Source: Camelus dromedarius
Taxonomy: Eukaryota
Assembly (NCBI RefSeq): GCF_036321535.1
Contig: NC_087437.1
Coordinates: forward strand, 7,006,001-7,070,000
DNA: 64,000 nucleotides
Direction of reading: 5' to 3'
The translations under genes and the position numbers were made by a program. Position 1 is the first letter of the stretch, and each line of letters begins with the position of its first letter. Below are positions 51,730 through 64,000 of the stretch, in pieces. The notes beneath the pieces were generated by a model. It was not told the origin of the DNA and searched no databases. It saw only the letters and a program-made list of their open reading frames with translations.

Positions 51730-52880
51730 TTTTCTCAGGAGCTTTTTGGTCCTTGTATACCTTCCTTCATGAAGTGTCTGCTCTGTTTTTTGCCCATAAT
51801 TTCCCATAGGATTTTTTAAAAAATTTGAGCTGGAAGAGTTGTTTATATAGTCTGGGTATAAGTCCCTTGTGTGTATATATTTATTTCAGAGTGCAGCTTG
51901 TTTATTCATTTTCTTAAGGTTTTAATTTTGATGCAGTCATATATATATATATATGTATATATATATCAAGTCATATATGTGTGTGTGCGTATACATATAT
52001 GAAGTCATATATATATTTTTTCCTTTTAAATTTAGTGCTTTCTGGGTCCCATCAATGGAATTTTTGTCTAAAGTCACACAGATATACTCCTGACTCTCCC
52101 GTGTTTTCTTCCATCTCTAGGTCTACACAGTCAGCCACTAAGGAAATGTCTTTAGGGAAATACAAACTAAAGCCAATGAGTCATCACCACACACTCACTG
52201 GGGTGGCTAAAATTAAAAGGATGGACAATACTAAGTGTTGTCAAAGATGTGGAGCAACCAGAATCATCATATGCTGCTAGTCAGAATGTAAAATGAGAAG
52301 ATCACTTTGGAAATCAGTCTGACAGTTTCTCATAGGTAAAAATACACTTAACCTATGGGTTAGCACTTATAATTTTAGGTTTTACCCCAAAACAAATGAA
52401 CACACATGTCAACAAGTAGATTTGTATAAGAATATTTATAGCATCCTTATGCATAATAGCCAATCATTCATATGTCTATCAATAAAAAGTGGATAAAAAA
52501 TTGATTTATCCTTTCAATGGCGTATTACTCAGCAATAAAAAAAAATAAAAATACTGATATCCATGAATAATATGGTTAATTCTCAAAATGCTGAACTAAA
52601 GAAGCCTTTCATGGAAGAGGACATGCCCAGGACTTCATTTCTATGACATTCTAGAATGGATAAAACTCATTTCTGATGAAATAAATCAAAGTAGTGGTTA
52701 CTCTCTGGGGGAAGTGACCGGAGTAAGGAAGAAAGAAACTTTCTGGGGTGATGGAAATGCTCTATATTTTGATATGAGTACTAGTTGACACATGGGTGTA
52801 TGTCTGTCAACATGGTGCACGTACATTTCCGATTTGTGCATTTCATTGCATGTAAGTAATACTCGCATAAAAACAACGAA
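51730..52880. mobile_element. Ancient L1M fragments (antisense ~51730-52100, sense ~52140-52880)
   Basis: Sense part encodes KIKRMDNTKCCQRCG-like ORF2 end and ends in a ggggtgatggaaatg L1M 3'UTR. Confidence 0.7.
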
Positions 52881-53688
52881 AAAAAGTCCTATAGGGCTGA
52901 ATTTAGCAACTGATTAGTTAGCAACGCAGCCGTGGATTTTGTACGCAGAGGGCCTTGGGTTCAAAACATAGTTCTGCAATGATGCGTTAGCAGTGAAACT
53001 TGGGTGAGTAACATAACTTCCCTGAACTTCGTTTTGCCTTTGCAGAACTGCAGTAATAACTGCTTTCAGGAGACGTTACGAGGATGTTTAAGGGCTTATC
53101 ACAAGGGCTGACGTGATGTGTTAAGAGATTCATGCTGCTCAAATAGTTTTCCTCCTTTTTTTTCCTCTTGTTATGATTGAGCAGAGTGTCAAATATGATT
53201 GTGAGGTTTTGAGTTTTGGGTGTTCAGAGGATAAATTATTAACAGAAGTATGGCACACACTCATCACATCACACCTGGAAGACAATACGGTGAGTTCTCT
53301 TTTTAACCTAGTGAGTTTGAGGAGAGATGTCCTGGATGTGGTTGGCAGTGATGGGTCTGGAATTTGGGGGAGAGATCAGAAAAGGCGCTTTGGTTCAGGA
53401 GTGATGGTGAGATGGTAGACCAGATTTCCTGGGTAGGGGGAGGTGGTGGGGGAAGCTCTGATATGCGGCATGTGCTGATTTCCATGCTCTAAATACTCCC
53501 ATTGTGGCCAGTTTCAAGTTACCAAACCGGTTTGCAAAATTCCTGCCTATTTCCCATTCAGCTCCCTCCAGCTGGTGCCTGCTCGCCCTGGAACACATTC
53601 CTAGCTGAGTCCTTTACTGAGGCAGAGCGTGAGAGAGAGAAATCTTTTCACCTTGCATTAGGTCCTCCTGCCTAGAGGATACGTTGAG

Positions 53689-54027
53689 ATTTTTTGTTTG
53701 TTTTGTTTTTGTTTGTTTTATATATTTTTATTGAAGTATAATCAGTTTACAATGTTGTGTCAATTTCTGCTGTACAGCACAATACTTTAGTCATATAGGA
53801 ACATACATATATTCATTTTCATATTCTTTTTCACTATGTTATTGCAAGATATTGAATACAGTTCCCTGTGCTATACAGTATGAACTTGTTGTTTATGTAT
53901 TTTATATATATTAGTTAGTATCTGCAAATAAACAGAAACAGACTCACAGACATAGAAAACAAACTTATGGTTTCCAGGGTAGGGGGAAGGAGGTGGGAAG
54001 GGAGAAATTGGGAGTACGAGATTTGCA
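53689..54027 (-). mobile_element. Young L1 3' end with 5' inversion
   Basis: Antisense to ~53929, then sense to 54027; TSD ggatacgttgag / ggatgcattgag. Confidence 0.9.
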
Positions 54028-54597
54028 GGATGCATTGAGTTTAAGTTCTTTTGCAATGAATCCCTATTTCTGAGTGTCTGTCCATAGTTCTCAGGTTTTC
54101 TGCTGTGAAATGGAAAAACTGACCATCTCATGTCCACTTCTTTTAAAGATGGCCTCAGCAGTGCCATAGTTTATCCGTCCTCCTGTTCACGTGATGCAGT
54201 TTCTTTATCCTTTGATGACACAGAGGCTGCTCCGTCCAGGGATACCCACTCGGGGCCTCAGCCTGGGAGGGAAGCAAGCATCACAACCTCTCGCTGTGAG
54301 AGGAGCAACTCTCTCCCTCACTCTCTGCTGCGTCTTCCAGCGCTGGGGTCCCGCCTCATTCCTTGCCAGAGTAGAAAGGAACATTTCAGACTGAGTTCAG
54401 CATCTCCTCCCCATCCCATGCTCTGTCCAGTGTGTATGTCTGTGTCTACCTGAACTTCAGGTATAGACAGCTCGTGATTCTTTTTCCATGGGCAGCTGGG
54501 ATGCCAACAAACCATGGGCTGAGGCTGACCCCATATTTAATACCATCGAACTCTCTGTAGCAATAAGGGCATTTTGTCAAGAGTCCATGGGGACTGC

Positions 54598-54756
54598 GGG
54601 GAGGGTAGAGCTCAGTGGTAGAGCACGTACTTAGCATGCACGAGGTCTTGGGTTCAATCCCCAGTACCTCCATTAAAACAACCCCCCAACCCTAACTGCC
54701 TCTCCCTCCCAAAAATTAAAAAGAAATAAATTTGAAAAAAACAAGATTAAAAGAGG
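54598..54756 (+). mobile_element. tRNA-derived SINE (Vic-1 type)
   Basis: ggggagggtagagctcagtggtagagc...gggttcaatccccagtacctcc (A and B boxes) plus A-rich tail; TSD aagagtccatggggact / aagagtaggtgggaact. Confidence 0.9.
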
Positions 54757-55334
54757 AAGAGTAGGTGGGAACTATTCTTAACACATACTCTGTTAAAGGT
54801 ACATTTCCAGAAATTCTTTGTCCTAAAAACAGTATCAGAAAAGAGCTTTTCACCCAGATGTTCTTTCAACATTATTCCAGCAAAATAAAATTAAAATGGC
54901 TTATATGCTCACACTTCCATAGTAAAATACAAAATACCCACTCAAACAATATTATGTAGCCTGTACAATTACTTATGAACAACTTTTCAGTTCGTATGAA
55001 ACATTTTTATATTATACTGAAGTATTATATTTACTGTGTTAACTTCGTTAACCACGTGGAAAGAAAATCATTGGAAGTAAGTTTCTCAAACTATTAACAG
55101 TGATTTTCTTTTGGTGGCAGGAGAAGACTGTGGGTGGCTTCTTTCCTCTTCACTCTGCACTTAAGAGCTTTTCCTAAATTTTCTGCACAAAAAGCAAACA
55201 ATATCTTTCACAAATTCTCAGGGATCCAGAGATTGTGTTTATATTCCAATATCATTGGTTTATCGACTCGAGGTTTTTTTTTTTATTAGAAGTACATTTG
55301 AATTCTATAGTCATATTACTTCTTTCATTGAAAT

Positions 55335-55460
55335 TTTTTATCTAGGGGGGAGGTACTTAGGTTTATTTATTTATTTGTTTTAATGGAGGCACTGGGGATA
55401 GAACCCAGGACCTCATGCATGTTAAGCACATGCTCTATCACTTGAGCTATACCCTTCCCC
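55335..55460 (-). mobile_element. tRNA-derived SINE (Vic-1 type)
   Basis: gaggcactggggatagaacccaggacc...gagctatacccttcccc. Confidence 0.88.
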
Positions 55461-56049
55461 AGTTTCTCTCTTTTTTTTTTTTTCAATTTTAATCTTTTCA
55501 TGGGTGTATCATAGCTAAATTATATTTTTAAAGTGTGCAAATACTTGGTCAGTTTCTTTGGTGTCCAAGTGAGAAAAAAAGGCCAGAGCCAAGTTTTGCT
55601 CTAAGACATCTGGCCTCACTGAGCCTACGACACATTGAAATCGGCAAAAGCCCAGTATTTTGTAAGAACTGTTTTTTCTCCCAGGGAGAACTCTCTTTTC
55701 TCAACACTGGAATGGTATTTACTGTGGGCTCCCTTCCTAACGACCCACAGCATGATTGCTGGGCCCCCTCCTCCTAAATTGTCCTCTTCTTCTGCTCCCG
55801 CCACGTCCCACTGTCCTTGGACCATGTGGAGAGATTACAAAGTTGCTTCATATAGTCCAGGTGTCTCTGTTAGGTAGCATGTCACGTGCTTCTTTAGGAT
55901 GTCGGCATTTGTGTCCATGTCTCATCTCTCTTCTTAATCTGTAGACATTTTGAAGAAAGGACAGTATTTAACTTAGCTTAGCACAGCCCCTTTCCCTGTT
56001 GGGGTGTTCATTGACCATTCATCCAACGTGTAATTGAATGAGAAGTGAC

Positions 56050-56180
56050 AGAGTAGTGATGAGCACAGACCCTGGGGCCAGACTCCACCACCTATCAGCT
56101 GTGTGATGTCAAGAAGGTTACTTACCCTCTCTGAGCCTCAGTTTCCACCTGAAAAAAGATGATAATAAGAATACCTACAT
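56050..56180 (+). mobile_element. MIR SINE
   Basis: agctgtgtgatgtcaagaaggttacttaccctctctgagcctcagtttcc. Confidence 0.8.
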
Positions 56181-56577
56181 TACTGAACACAAAGTAAATA
56201 AATACAAATAAAATTAACCCAAATCTTCTTTGAATCTTACATACAATGTCATAGAAAAAAACTGTTTTCTAAATCTACATCCACCCTGCAATATGAAAAA
56301 TTTTCCTAAAGACAAAAACTCAACACAAACAATTGCAATAATTCAACCTCAAACTACTTCCTTCAGGTGTTTTAGCCTTCTTATTCCAGAATTTGGTGAA
56401 GAAGTCTATTATCCGTGATGATTGTCTAACCTTTGATCATATGCCTTTCATCCTTTAGATATTTAGACTAAGCAAGTCCAGACGATTTTTTTTTTTCCTA
56501 TCTTGGGTCTATATTGTCTTTCTTTTTTTTTATTTCTTAAAACTTGTATTTCATATTTGGAATGTTTGTCCTATCTT

Positions 56578-56698
56578 TCTTTTTTATTGGAATGTAGTTA
56601 ATTTACAATGTTCTGTTAGTTTCTGGTGTACAATGTAGTGACTTAGTTATACATATATACATATATATGTATTCTTTTTCATATTCTTTCCCATTATT
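56578..56698 (-). mobile_element. Short young L1 3' end
   Basis: tagttaatttacaatgttctgttagtttctggtgtac. Confidence 0.85.
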
Positions 56699-59049
56699 AT
56701 ACTGTGTTTCTTGAAGTGCCCTGATCAGATGTGCAATATCTGAGATGTAAACTCGATTCCCCCAATCTTTTAAATAGAAAGACGATTAAATCCTAATGGC
56801 CTTTGTTATTATATAACTCATCTTAACAGTCACTTGCTTTATATAAGAAAGCATGCATCTTTAACAATGATGGAAACAGGAAACAGGAAACATTGATGTT
56901 ACTTATTAACAGTATAGGACCTACATGTTCTGAAAGGTCATATTTTACATTCTTTAAAGAAGACTTCGTGATTTTCTACTGAAAGGGTTTGAAGAGGAAG
57001 ACTTGGAAGGGTCCTGAGAGCAACTTCCTGAAGAGGAAAAGGCCAAATTATATCCTGGGGTCTCCAGCATCCGTGATAGTGCAGTTCTCTTTTCCTCCCC
57101 GGGACTGGATTCTGTAATGAAGCACCTTATTTTCTGGAGTCAGAATGCGTCTGTCTCCACACAACGTGGAGAACACGTGCTCATCAAATCAAAGGAGAGC
57201 GTTGACCACTGTGACCTGTGAACATATTTCTCTGCTTGTCTTGGGAGGGAAAAGTTCAAATCTCACCATTAATGTGGTGAAAAGTACTGAATTGGAAAAC
57301 ACTTGTATCATCTTTCTGTATCGATTCATCCTCCGTTTGTAACGTCAGAACAAGAGAGGGAGAGAGTAGTGGTCACCCGGGCTTTTTCCTTGTGACTTCC
57401 AACCTGCCTTGCATTTCAGACTGTATGTTGTTGGGGTATTTGGAGCAGAGAGGAGTCCACAGGGTGCAGAAGAAAGTAAAGGCTTGGGGTGTCCACTTGG
57501 TATTAAAGGAATGCTTTTGTAAGCAAAAGAAAAAAAAAACCAAACAACCGTGTTTGGTAAAAATGAGTGTGGTTTTCCCCTGCTTTGGCATCTGCTTGCT
57601 TTTACAATGGACGCAGTGTTGTTCTGTACCTGGTAGGTGGCCTCTCTATGTATCGACAAGGCGCTGCGTGAAAATGTGCCTCCTTATGTCGGAGAGAAAT
57701 TTGCTTTCCCCTCTTTTCCCTGCTCTTCTGTGCCTCCCTTTGTTCTAATCATCCACGGGAGGAGAAAAGCCAGGGATCCCCGCAACCATTTCCTTCTCCA
57801 GCCACTCTTTGGAGTTAATAATTCAAATCGATCTTTTACAAACTCCCATTTTATTCTTAGAAATGGCCTTATTGCTAACAGCCTGCTCTCCAGTTGTACT
57901 TTATCAAGCAGCAGATCTGTTGTAAAATGTGATGACTGGATTTCATCTGTTTTGCCACCCCCTAAGAATTCATTGCCCACAGTGCTTCCACTGCTGTTAT
58001 AAGAGACGGTTTAATTTTTGCGGTACATTGATTGATAACTGGGCTCCCTGGTAACATGGTCTTCCTTGAATAAGACTGCTGTTTTCTAGGTCTCAGATCC
58101 CCTGAAGATGCTACATAACTCCCTGTATGAAACAAATCTTCCACACCCTAATAGTAATATCTCCGGTCCCCAGACGAACAGATAAGCACACGAGTGCCTA
58201 CAGGTATCTTCATGCCTGCAGCTGTCACAATATGGGAAGGGAAGCCCCCCCTACTAGTCTTAGGTATGATGGAACCTCAGACCCAGAAAGACCAACAAAC
58301 AAACAAAATCAGAAGACTTGCCACGATTCTGAAAAGTTGTCTCAATGGGTCTCTGCTGAGCAATAAACCTGCAGGTACTTCTTTCCTCCTTGACTAATTT
58401 TCTGTTGCTTTCAGGTGAACTATGCAGAATCCCTGCTATGTACCCTCAAATTTTTTTTTAAAAAATAATAATAACCACAAAAGGGAAGCAAACAAAAATT
58501 TGCAAAGGGGAGAACTGTAAAAGTCAGGAAAACAAAGGGCAGGAGAATCAGGTGATGTGAAGGGGACCTGTCTGGTCATCAGCTTATGAAGACCCCATTT
58601 TTAAACAAAACTTCACATAATTCTCTGATACAGCAAGGTCAAGAAACTCCATTTTTACATGTTTACAATGATGTAGGTCCTACAAAATCAATGCTACTGG
58701 ATGGTGAATTTGCTATGTTCATGGCATGGAAGAAAGTTGAGGGTTTGGTAAAGCTTCAGCAGGAAATCTAGTACAAAGTGAATTCTTGGCAGCCTAACCT
58801 GCTGGATGAGTTGGGTGAAATCCATTCCTTCCCAACCAGGTGCATCCAATGACCAGTACATATGGGATCATGGTCGAGTTGGACGGTCGTGGGTTCTAGT
58901 CTGACACCTTGTATTGCGTTAGTAATGATCAAGCACAGTCTCCTGTGACCATTCTTGTATCCTTTCCCAGAGCAAGTCTTACGCTATCTTCTTTTTATAT
59001 GGATGAGTGAGATGGGTTAGATAAAACTCTCTCTGTATTTACTGAGCAC

Positions 59050-59715
59050 TATCCATTGATTCAACAAATATCCATTAAGCACCTACTATGCTTCTGGCAT
59101 TGGGAGCTGGGGGTTCTGTAGTGAACAAGACAGACAAAACTTCTGCCCTTGTGGATCTTACATTTCAGTGAGTGAGACAGATCATAAACAAAAATATCAG
59201 TAAATGACAAGTTTGACAGTGTTAAGGGCTAGTAATAAATAAAGGAGGGAAGGAGGAGTTTCAGACAGAGAGGTAAGGGTAGCCTCACCGAGAAGGTGGT
59301 TGTAAATAAAAACCTGAAGAAAATGGGAGACCTAGCCATGTGGGTAACTGGAGGATGAGGAATCCAGGCAGAGAGAACAGCAGGTACAAAGGCCCTGGGG
59401 CCGGGGCCTGCCTGGCATTTTTGTGGGGGAAAGGAAAAAGCCTGGGCACAAGAATACAGTGAATGAGAGGGTGAGTTATAGGAGGTGATGTCACAGAAGT
59501 TATGAGGACCAGACCATGTAGGACCTGGTAAATCATAGACAGGACATTGGCTTTTGACTTAGGTCCCATGGGAAGCTAATGGAGGGTTTTGTGCAGAAGA
59601 CTGAGATGATCACAGTTACCTTTTAACAGGATCATTCTGGATGTTATGTTGCAGAAAGGTCTTAGAGGAGAATCACTGAATGGGATTTAACCATTGCATT
59701 GAACAGTACAGAGGT
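59050..59715 (-). mobile_element. L2 LINE (L2a-like) 3' region
   Basis: ttcaacaaatatccattaagcacctactatg...gtgaacaagacagacaaa...aaaggccctgggg. Confidence 0.85.
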
Positions 59716-59727
59716 CATCAGTAAGTT

Positions 59728-59877
59728 TTTTTCTTTTTTAAAAAAGCTTTTTAAATAGGGGGAGGTAATTTTAGGTTTTATTTGCCTATTTCTTTTCTTG
59801 AATAGAGGTACTGGGAATTGAACCCAAGGCTTTAGCATGCTAGGCATGCACTCTACCACTGAGCTATACCCTCCCTC
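59728..59877 (-). mobile_element. tRNA-derived SINE (Vic-1 type)
   Basis: gaggtactgggaattgaacccaagg...ctctaccactgagctataccctccc. Confidence 0.9.
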
Positions 59878-59900
59878 CATCAGTAACTTAAAAAAAAAGG

Positions 59901-60126
59901 TTTTTTTTAATTGAAGTGTAGTTTAGTTACAGTTTGTGTTGGTTTCAGGTGTACAGCCAAGTGATTCAGTTATGTGTATATATTTATATTCTTTTTCAGA
60001 TTCTTTTCCATTATAGGTTATTACAAAGTATTGAATATAGTTCCCTGTGCTCTATAGTAGGTCCTTGTTGTTCATCTATTTTATGTTTAGTAGTGTGTAC
60101 CTGCTAATCCTAAGCTCCTAATTTAT
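59901..60126 (-). mobile_element. Young L1 3' end
   Basis: Same family motif; TSD catcagtaactt on both sides. Confidence 0.9.
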
Positions 60127-61850
60127 CATCAGTAACTTTGAGAAGAACCTAATTCTGTTGGTCTTAAGGTCTAAATAATCCAAGGCCACCTTATCAAGCT
60201 CTATGGATTAAGTAAGGAAATGAGTTCAGGTGTGGACAACTTGTTCAAATGCAGACTGGAGAGAGAGGAAGATATTGGTGAAGAGAGTTCTAAATTCCTT
60301 ACCAGCACCATCCTACGATCTAAAGTATGGAAATGATGTGATATTTAAGACAAACAAATAGGCAAACAAACAAACGAAAAAGCAGAACATCATCCAAATG
60401 GGATTACCACAGTACTAGGCTTCAGTAGAAACCATGACAACGGGGAAAAGAGGCCTTGTAGAAACTTCGTGCATGTGTGTGTGTGCGCGCTCTTTGCTTT
60501 CTCAATATATTTATCATGCTGGCCTTGGCAAGAGCACAAGGTAGGGAAAAATAAATAGTGATTTCTCATCTTTTGGAAAAAAAAAAAACACCCACAACTC
60601 GTCTAATGTAAGTGGTTAAAATCCTCTCTATAGTTACCCATTTAAATGTAAAAATCCAGTTTTTTAAAAAATGAATGGGGTTGCAGTTGTGTGGGTGGAT
60701 TTGATCGGAGAGATTTATGCTACAAGGGTGGAGGGTAATCTTGGCTGAGACAGATGCCAAGCCCATCCTTGATTTTTAGAAGGCCTCCAACTCGGCCTAA
60801 GTAGAACAAAAACCGGTCAAAGAGGGAGAGATGGAGGGGAGTGAGCCGATTAATTTTCAGATTGAAAGGATGTAGACCTTTGCCCCATAAAATTCAGGAA
60901 AGGCAAATGCACGTGGAAAATAATGATGGCTCTGTCTGGTATATTTGGGACTGTCTCTTTTGCCGTCTCAGCGAACTGAAATACAGTCTCTTCAGAGAAA
61001 GCTGTCACAAAGCTCACTTAGGAAAGGAGGCGTGGTCCTGCCCTGGAGGGCGGTGGGGGGGGGGCCCTCAACATACTGATTCCTATTGGTTATCTGAGTT
61101 CCATTTAAATTAGGGACAGCAGACTTACTGACCCATTGCTGAGCAATCTGGGAGTTGGGTGCAACGGGGAGGGTTAAAAACAAAGGTAAAAAATGCACCG
61201 GAAGAGGAGCAAGTCACTGAATTTTTAAAGTCTTTTAAATGCCCCCCTCAGGAGTGGTGGCTTGAGAGTGAGATACAATAAACTCCCACCCTCTGCGGTC
61301 ATCAGCTCTAAAATCTCTGCATCTGGACTTTTAAGCCAGCCTGACGGGCCTCCACACCTCAGAGGCAATGACCCAAGGGTGGCCGACAATCCCCGGGATG
61401 CTCTGTGAGTGCAGGTCATTGTTCTCGCCCCAGCCCTTCTCTGTAAGACCTCCCACTCTGCTCAGTGTGTGTGCTTACTCCAAGGTGTCCGATTCTCCCA
61501 GCTCCTTCTCCAGGGTGACACGGAGACGAGGCTTCGTTCCATCTCCTCCAAGCCCTATGTCTAGTCCTAGCTCTCTTGCAACAGAGGGGAGGAGATTAGA
61601 CATGCAGGGACCATGTTTTCAGGATGCAGCACAGAATCACATCCACAGGCTGGGAAGGATTTTATTCCCTGTAGGCTCAGTAGTACAGAAACAGGGTGAG
61701 GGATGGCAAGGCGGTTTCCAACCGTGAATTATTCCGGAAATGGCTCTGCCACCTGCTAAACACCTTCCTTTCTTCTGGTAAATTCACTAAATAATTCACT
61801 ATGCATCATAGTTTGTTCTAGTGTGATGACTTAAGGAAGTTACCCTAGTT

Positions 61851-61957
61851 TTGTTTTTTGTTTTTTGTTTTTTTCAGGGGAGGTGCTAGGGATTGAACCC
61901 AGGACCTTGTGCATGCTAAGCACACGCGCTCTACCACTGAGCTATACCCTACGTGCT
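61851..61957 (-). mobile_element. tRNA-derived SINE (short form, lacking the 3' tail region)
   Basis: gggattgaacccaggaccttgtgcatgctaagc...gagctataccc; TSD ggaagttaccctagtt / ggaagttgccctactt. Confidence 0.88.
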
Positions 61958-62089
61958 GGAAGTTGCCCTACTTGGGAATTTGTCCAGAATATTTGCTCAG
62001 CTGAGCAAAAATCAGTATTCTGTTTCTTAAACTGAGGTATCTGAAGACCTTGCACTATGAGGAAGTGAGAATGATATTTGCATTGGTAA

Positions 62090-62490
62090 CTGTCTTAGGT
62101 CAGGACCTCAGAAGCAGAGCCTGAGATGAGGATGTGCATACAAGGAAGTGCTCCCTGGGGAAACCAGTTGAGGGAGCAGAGGCATCAGGACCAGAACAGG
62201 GAGGAAGCAGTGACAGGCGAACTTCAGGCTCACAAGTCCCATTGCAAGAGCTTTAGCCTCATCCTAAAAGGGCGCCCCTATGGGAGCTGACTGTCTCCCA
62301 GGAGGACTTGCAGCCCCCGTCACTGCGGATGCCCAGCCCAGGGCCACGGAAACCTTGGCTCCAACAGCCCTGGGCTCCTCCTCCTAAGGAGAGTCACGTG
62401 CAGGGCCATTGGAAGTAAAAGCCAAGGAGTAGGAAGGAATGCACAGAAATGTCAAAGGAATTCAAGAGGGTCTGGGCGGGGCAACATTTA
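62090..62490. mobile_element. Old ERVL/MaLR LTR remnant
   Basis: tgtcttaggtcagg...cagaagcagagcctgagatgagga start motif. Confidence 0.55.
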
Positions 62491-62974
62491 CTGAGACTTT
62501 TGGTGCCAAGAAAGTTTTTTCTTCAGGGAGTCTATCATTTCGTCCTTGCAATCCCCCAATGAATGATCTCTATGTTACATAATAAGGAACTGAAGTGTTA
62601 AGTAATTTGTAAGACTGTTCAGAAAAAGTCAGCGGCAGAGCCGAGACTCAACTCTTGGGCCATCTAAAGACCATGTCTTTTTCTCCTGGCCTTTTCTAAA
62701 GACGGGTTTTCTTTCTTCTTCTTATATTCCTTTCTAGTCACTTCTTATATTCCTATTCCTCTCCTTTTTTTCCTATCCTTTACTTTACCCTCGTTTTATT
62801 ATATTCCAATATTCCTTTTGGTTATATTCCATAACCACAGTGAGGGATTCAGTTCGGGAAAGGATGAGGAAATTGGGGGATAGGGTAGATAGGAAAAACA
62901 GAGATGATAAAACAATTTATAACCAAGAAATATTATAGCAAATGAGCGGGAATAATTCTGTGGCCAGGAGAAGG

Positions 62975-63170
62975 GAGGAAATCTAATAATATCTTGAAGT
63001 TCATGAGAGGTTTTAATACAGAATAGATTGACCAGCTGTGCTCAAATATCATAGAGAAGTCTAGGAGAGAAGCCTTCTTGGTCTTATAGGGGGAGGATTT
63101 TATGTTGAATTAAAGCAAGTGTTCCCTGGCCATAATGGCTGTTGAGTGCTAGAGCGAAGTCCTGTAAATG
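62975..63170 (+). mobile_element. Possible CR1/L3 3' remnant
   Basis: Weak resemblance to the CR1 3' ORF2 end (atcttgaagttcatgagagg...gggaggattttatgttgaattaaag). Confidence 0.35.
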
Positions 63171-64000
63171 CAAATGAAAAAGAAAAGAAAACGAAAGAAA
63201 AGAAAAGAGGAAAACTAGAAAGATGCAAGCCCAGACTGCCACTTTGTGCAAATGTATGAGATGTTACCTTGAACACAGATGCTTCACACCTGCAACTTCA
63301 CACAGAGTGGGAGCTGTGAATTAAAAAAAAAAATAAAAGCAATGAACTTCACTGGAGCTGAAGATGACCCACCAGAAACTGTCACGTAGTTTGCGCTGGG
63401 GAAGGGGTTCCTTCTGGTCTGGTCTAGTAATTCGCTTCTCAATGAGAACGTTTTTGTTTTTCCACTTTTATCCCTTCTCCCCCAAAGACAAGATCACAAA
63501 TGCTACTGCATATATGTAAAAGGGCATTTTACAAAGAAATACAGAGAAGTACCATTGTTGACGCTACAGTGCAGTATGGAGCCACTGACTGCTTAGGCAG
63601 CAGAGGGAACGGACCTTGTGAAGTGTTACCTGTCTGTAACCATCTGCTGTTTTGCTGTTCTCTGTCCATCCACTGCTCCTGCCCCCGATTTCCTGTGTAA
63701 GATGATGATGGAGATTTCTTAAATGTTAACATATATTTACATACTCAGTGGTGTGTGTGTGTGCTGTGCACTGCTGTCAGAGTATGCCACTCACTATTTT
63801 ATAATGGGGCATATACTGAACATTCATTTAGAAGTCACTTATGATTATATCTTCCCCATAGAAACTCTGACTTGGATGGACTTCTGTTTTGGGACAGAAT
63901 CCATTGCAGTCACACCAATATACTTTTTGTGTGTGTGAGAACCACCATAAGTTTTTTTTTTCCATATGTGTATTACAGGCATGTGCATTTACTTTTTTAT

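Noticed and set aside
54598..54672. tRNA-like sequence with A and B boxes
   Set aside because: Followed by a SINE tail and TSDs and present in six diverged copies, so it is a SINE head rather than a tRNA gene
56872..56892. (GGAAACA)x3 as an ISRE
   Set aside because: The 7-bp period does not fit GAAANNGAAA spacing; likely a slippage duplication
11459..60126. Recurrent ~100-600 bp dispersed repeat that might be a novel element or array
   Set aside because: Copies share the 3' end and poly-A with variable 5' truncation, and longer copies extend into L1 ORF2; these are ordinary truncated L1s. There is no CRISPR-like regular spacing
1..64000. A novel multi-gene biological system
   Set aside because: No intact coding genes, operon-like structure, full-length ERV or autonomous transposon is visible; the window is a promoter plus repeat-rich intron

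Overview
Mammalian, non-coding, repeat-rich genomic DNA, very probably from a camelid, since it carries six tRNA-derived SINEs of the Vic-1 type and many young L1 3' ends. The first ~3.3 kb hold a CpG island with divergent first exons. A minus-strand non-coding exon (~2063->1882, ending ...CATGCCTGA|GTGAGT) matches, from memory, an alternative 5'UTR first exon of SATB1. A plus-strand exon ending at a strong donor (AAGG|GTAAGT, 2708/2709) fits the divergent lncRNA (SATB1-AS1-like). The remaining ~60 kb look like intron of the plus-strand transcript: L1, L2, MIR, MER5/MER20/MER33-type DNA transposons, MaLR/ERV LTRs, microsatellites and a few TE-poor, enhancer-like blocks. No convincing protein-coding exon is visible. 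The ORF track is explained by GC-rich chance ORFs and decayed L1 ORF2. I see no novel multi-gene system. The best leads are a splice-invariant micro-uORF in the SATB1 leader, an in-frame chain of candidate lncRNA exons, several unusual retrotransposition structures and an age-dependent TE strand bias. All gene and repeat names are from recall, not database searches.
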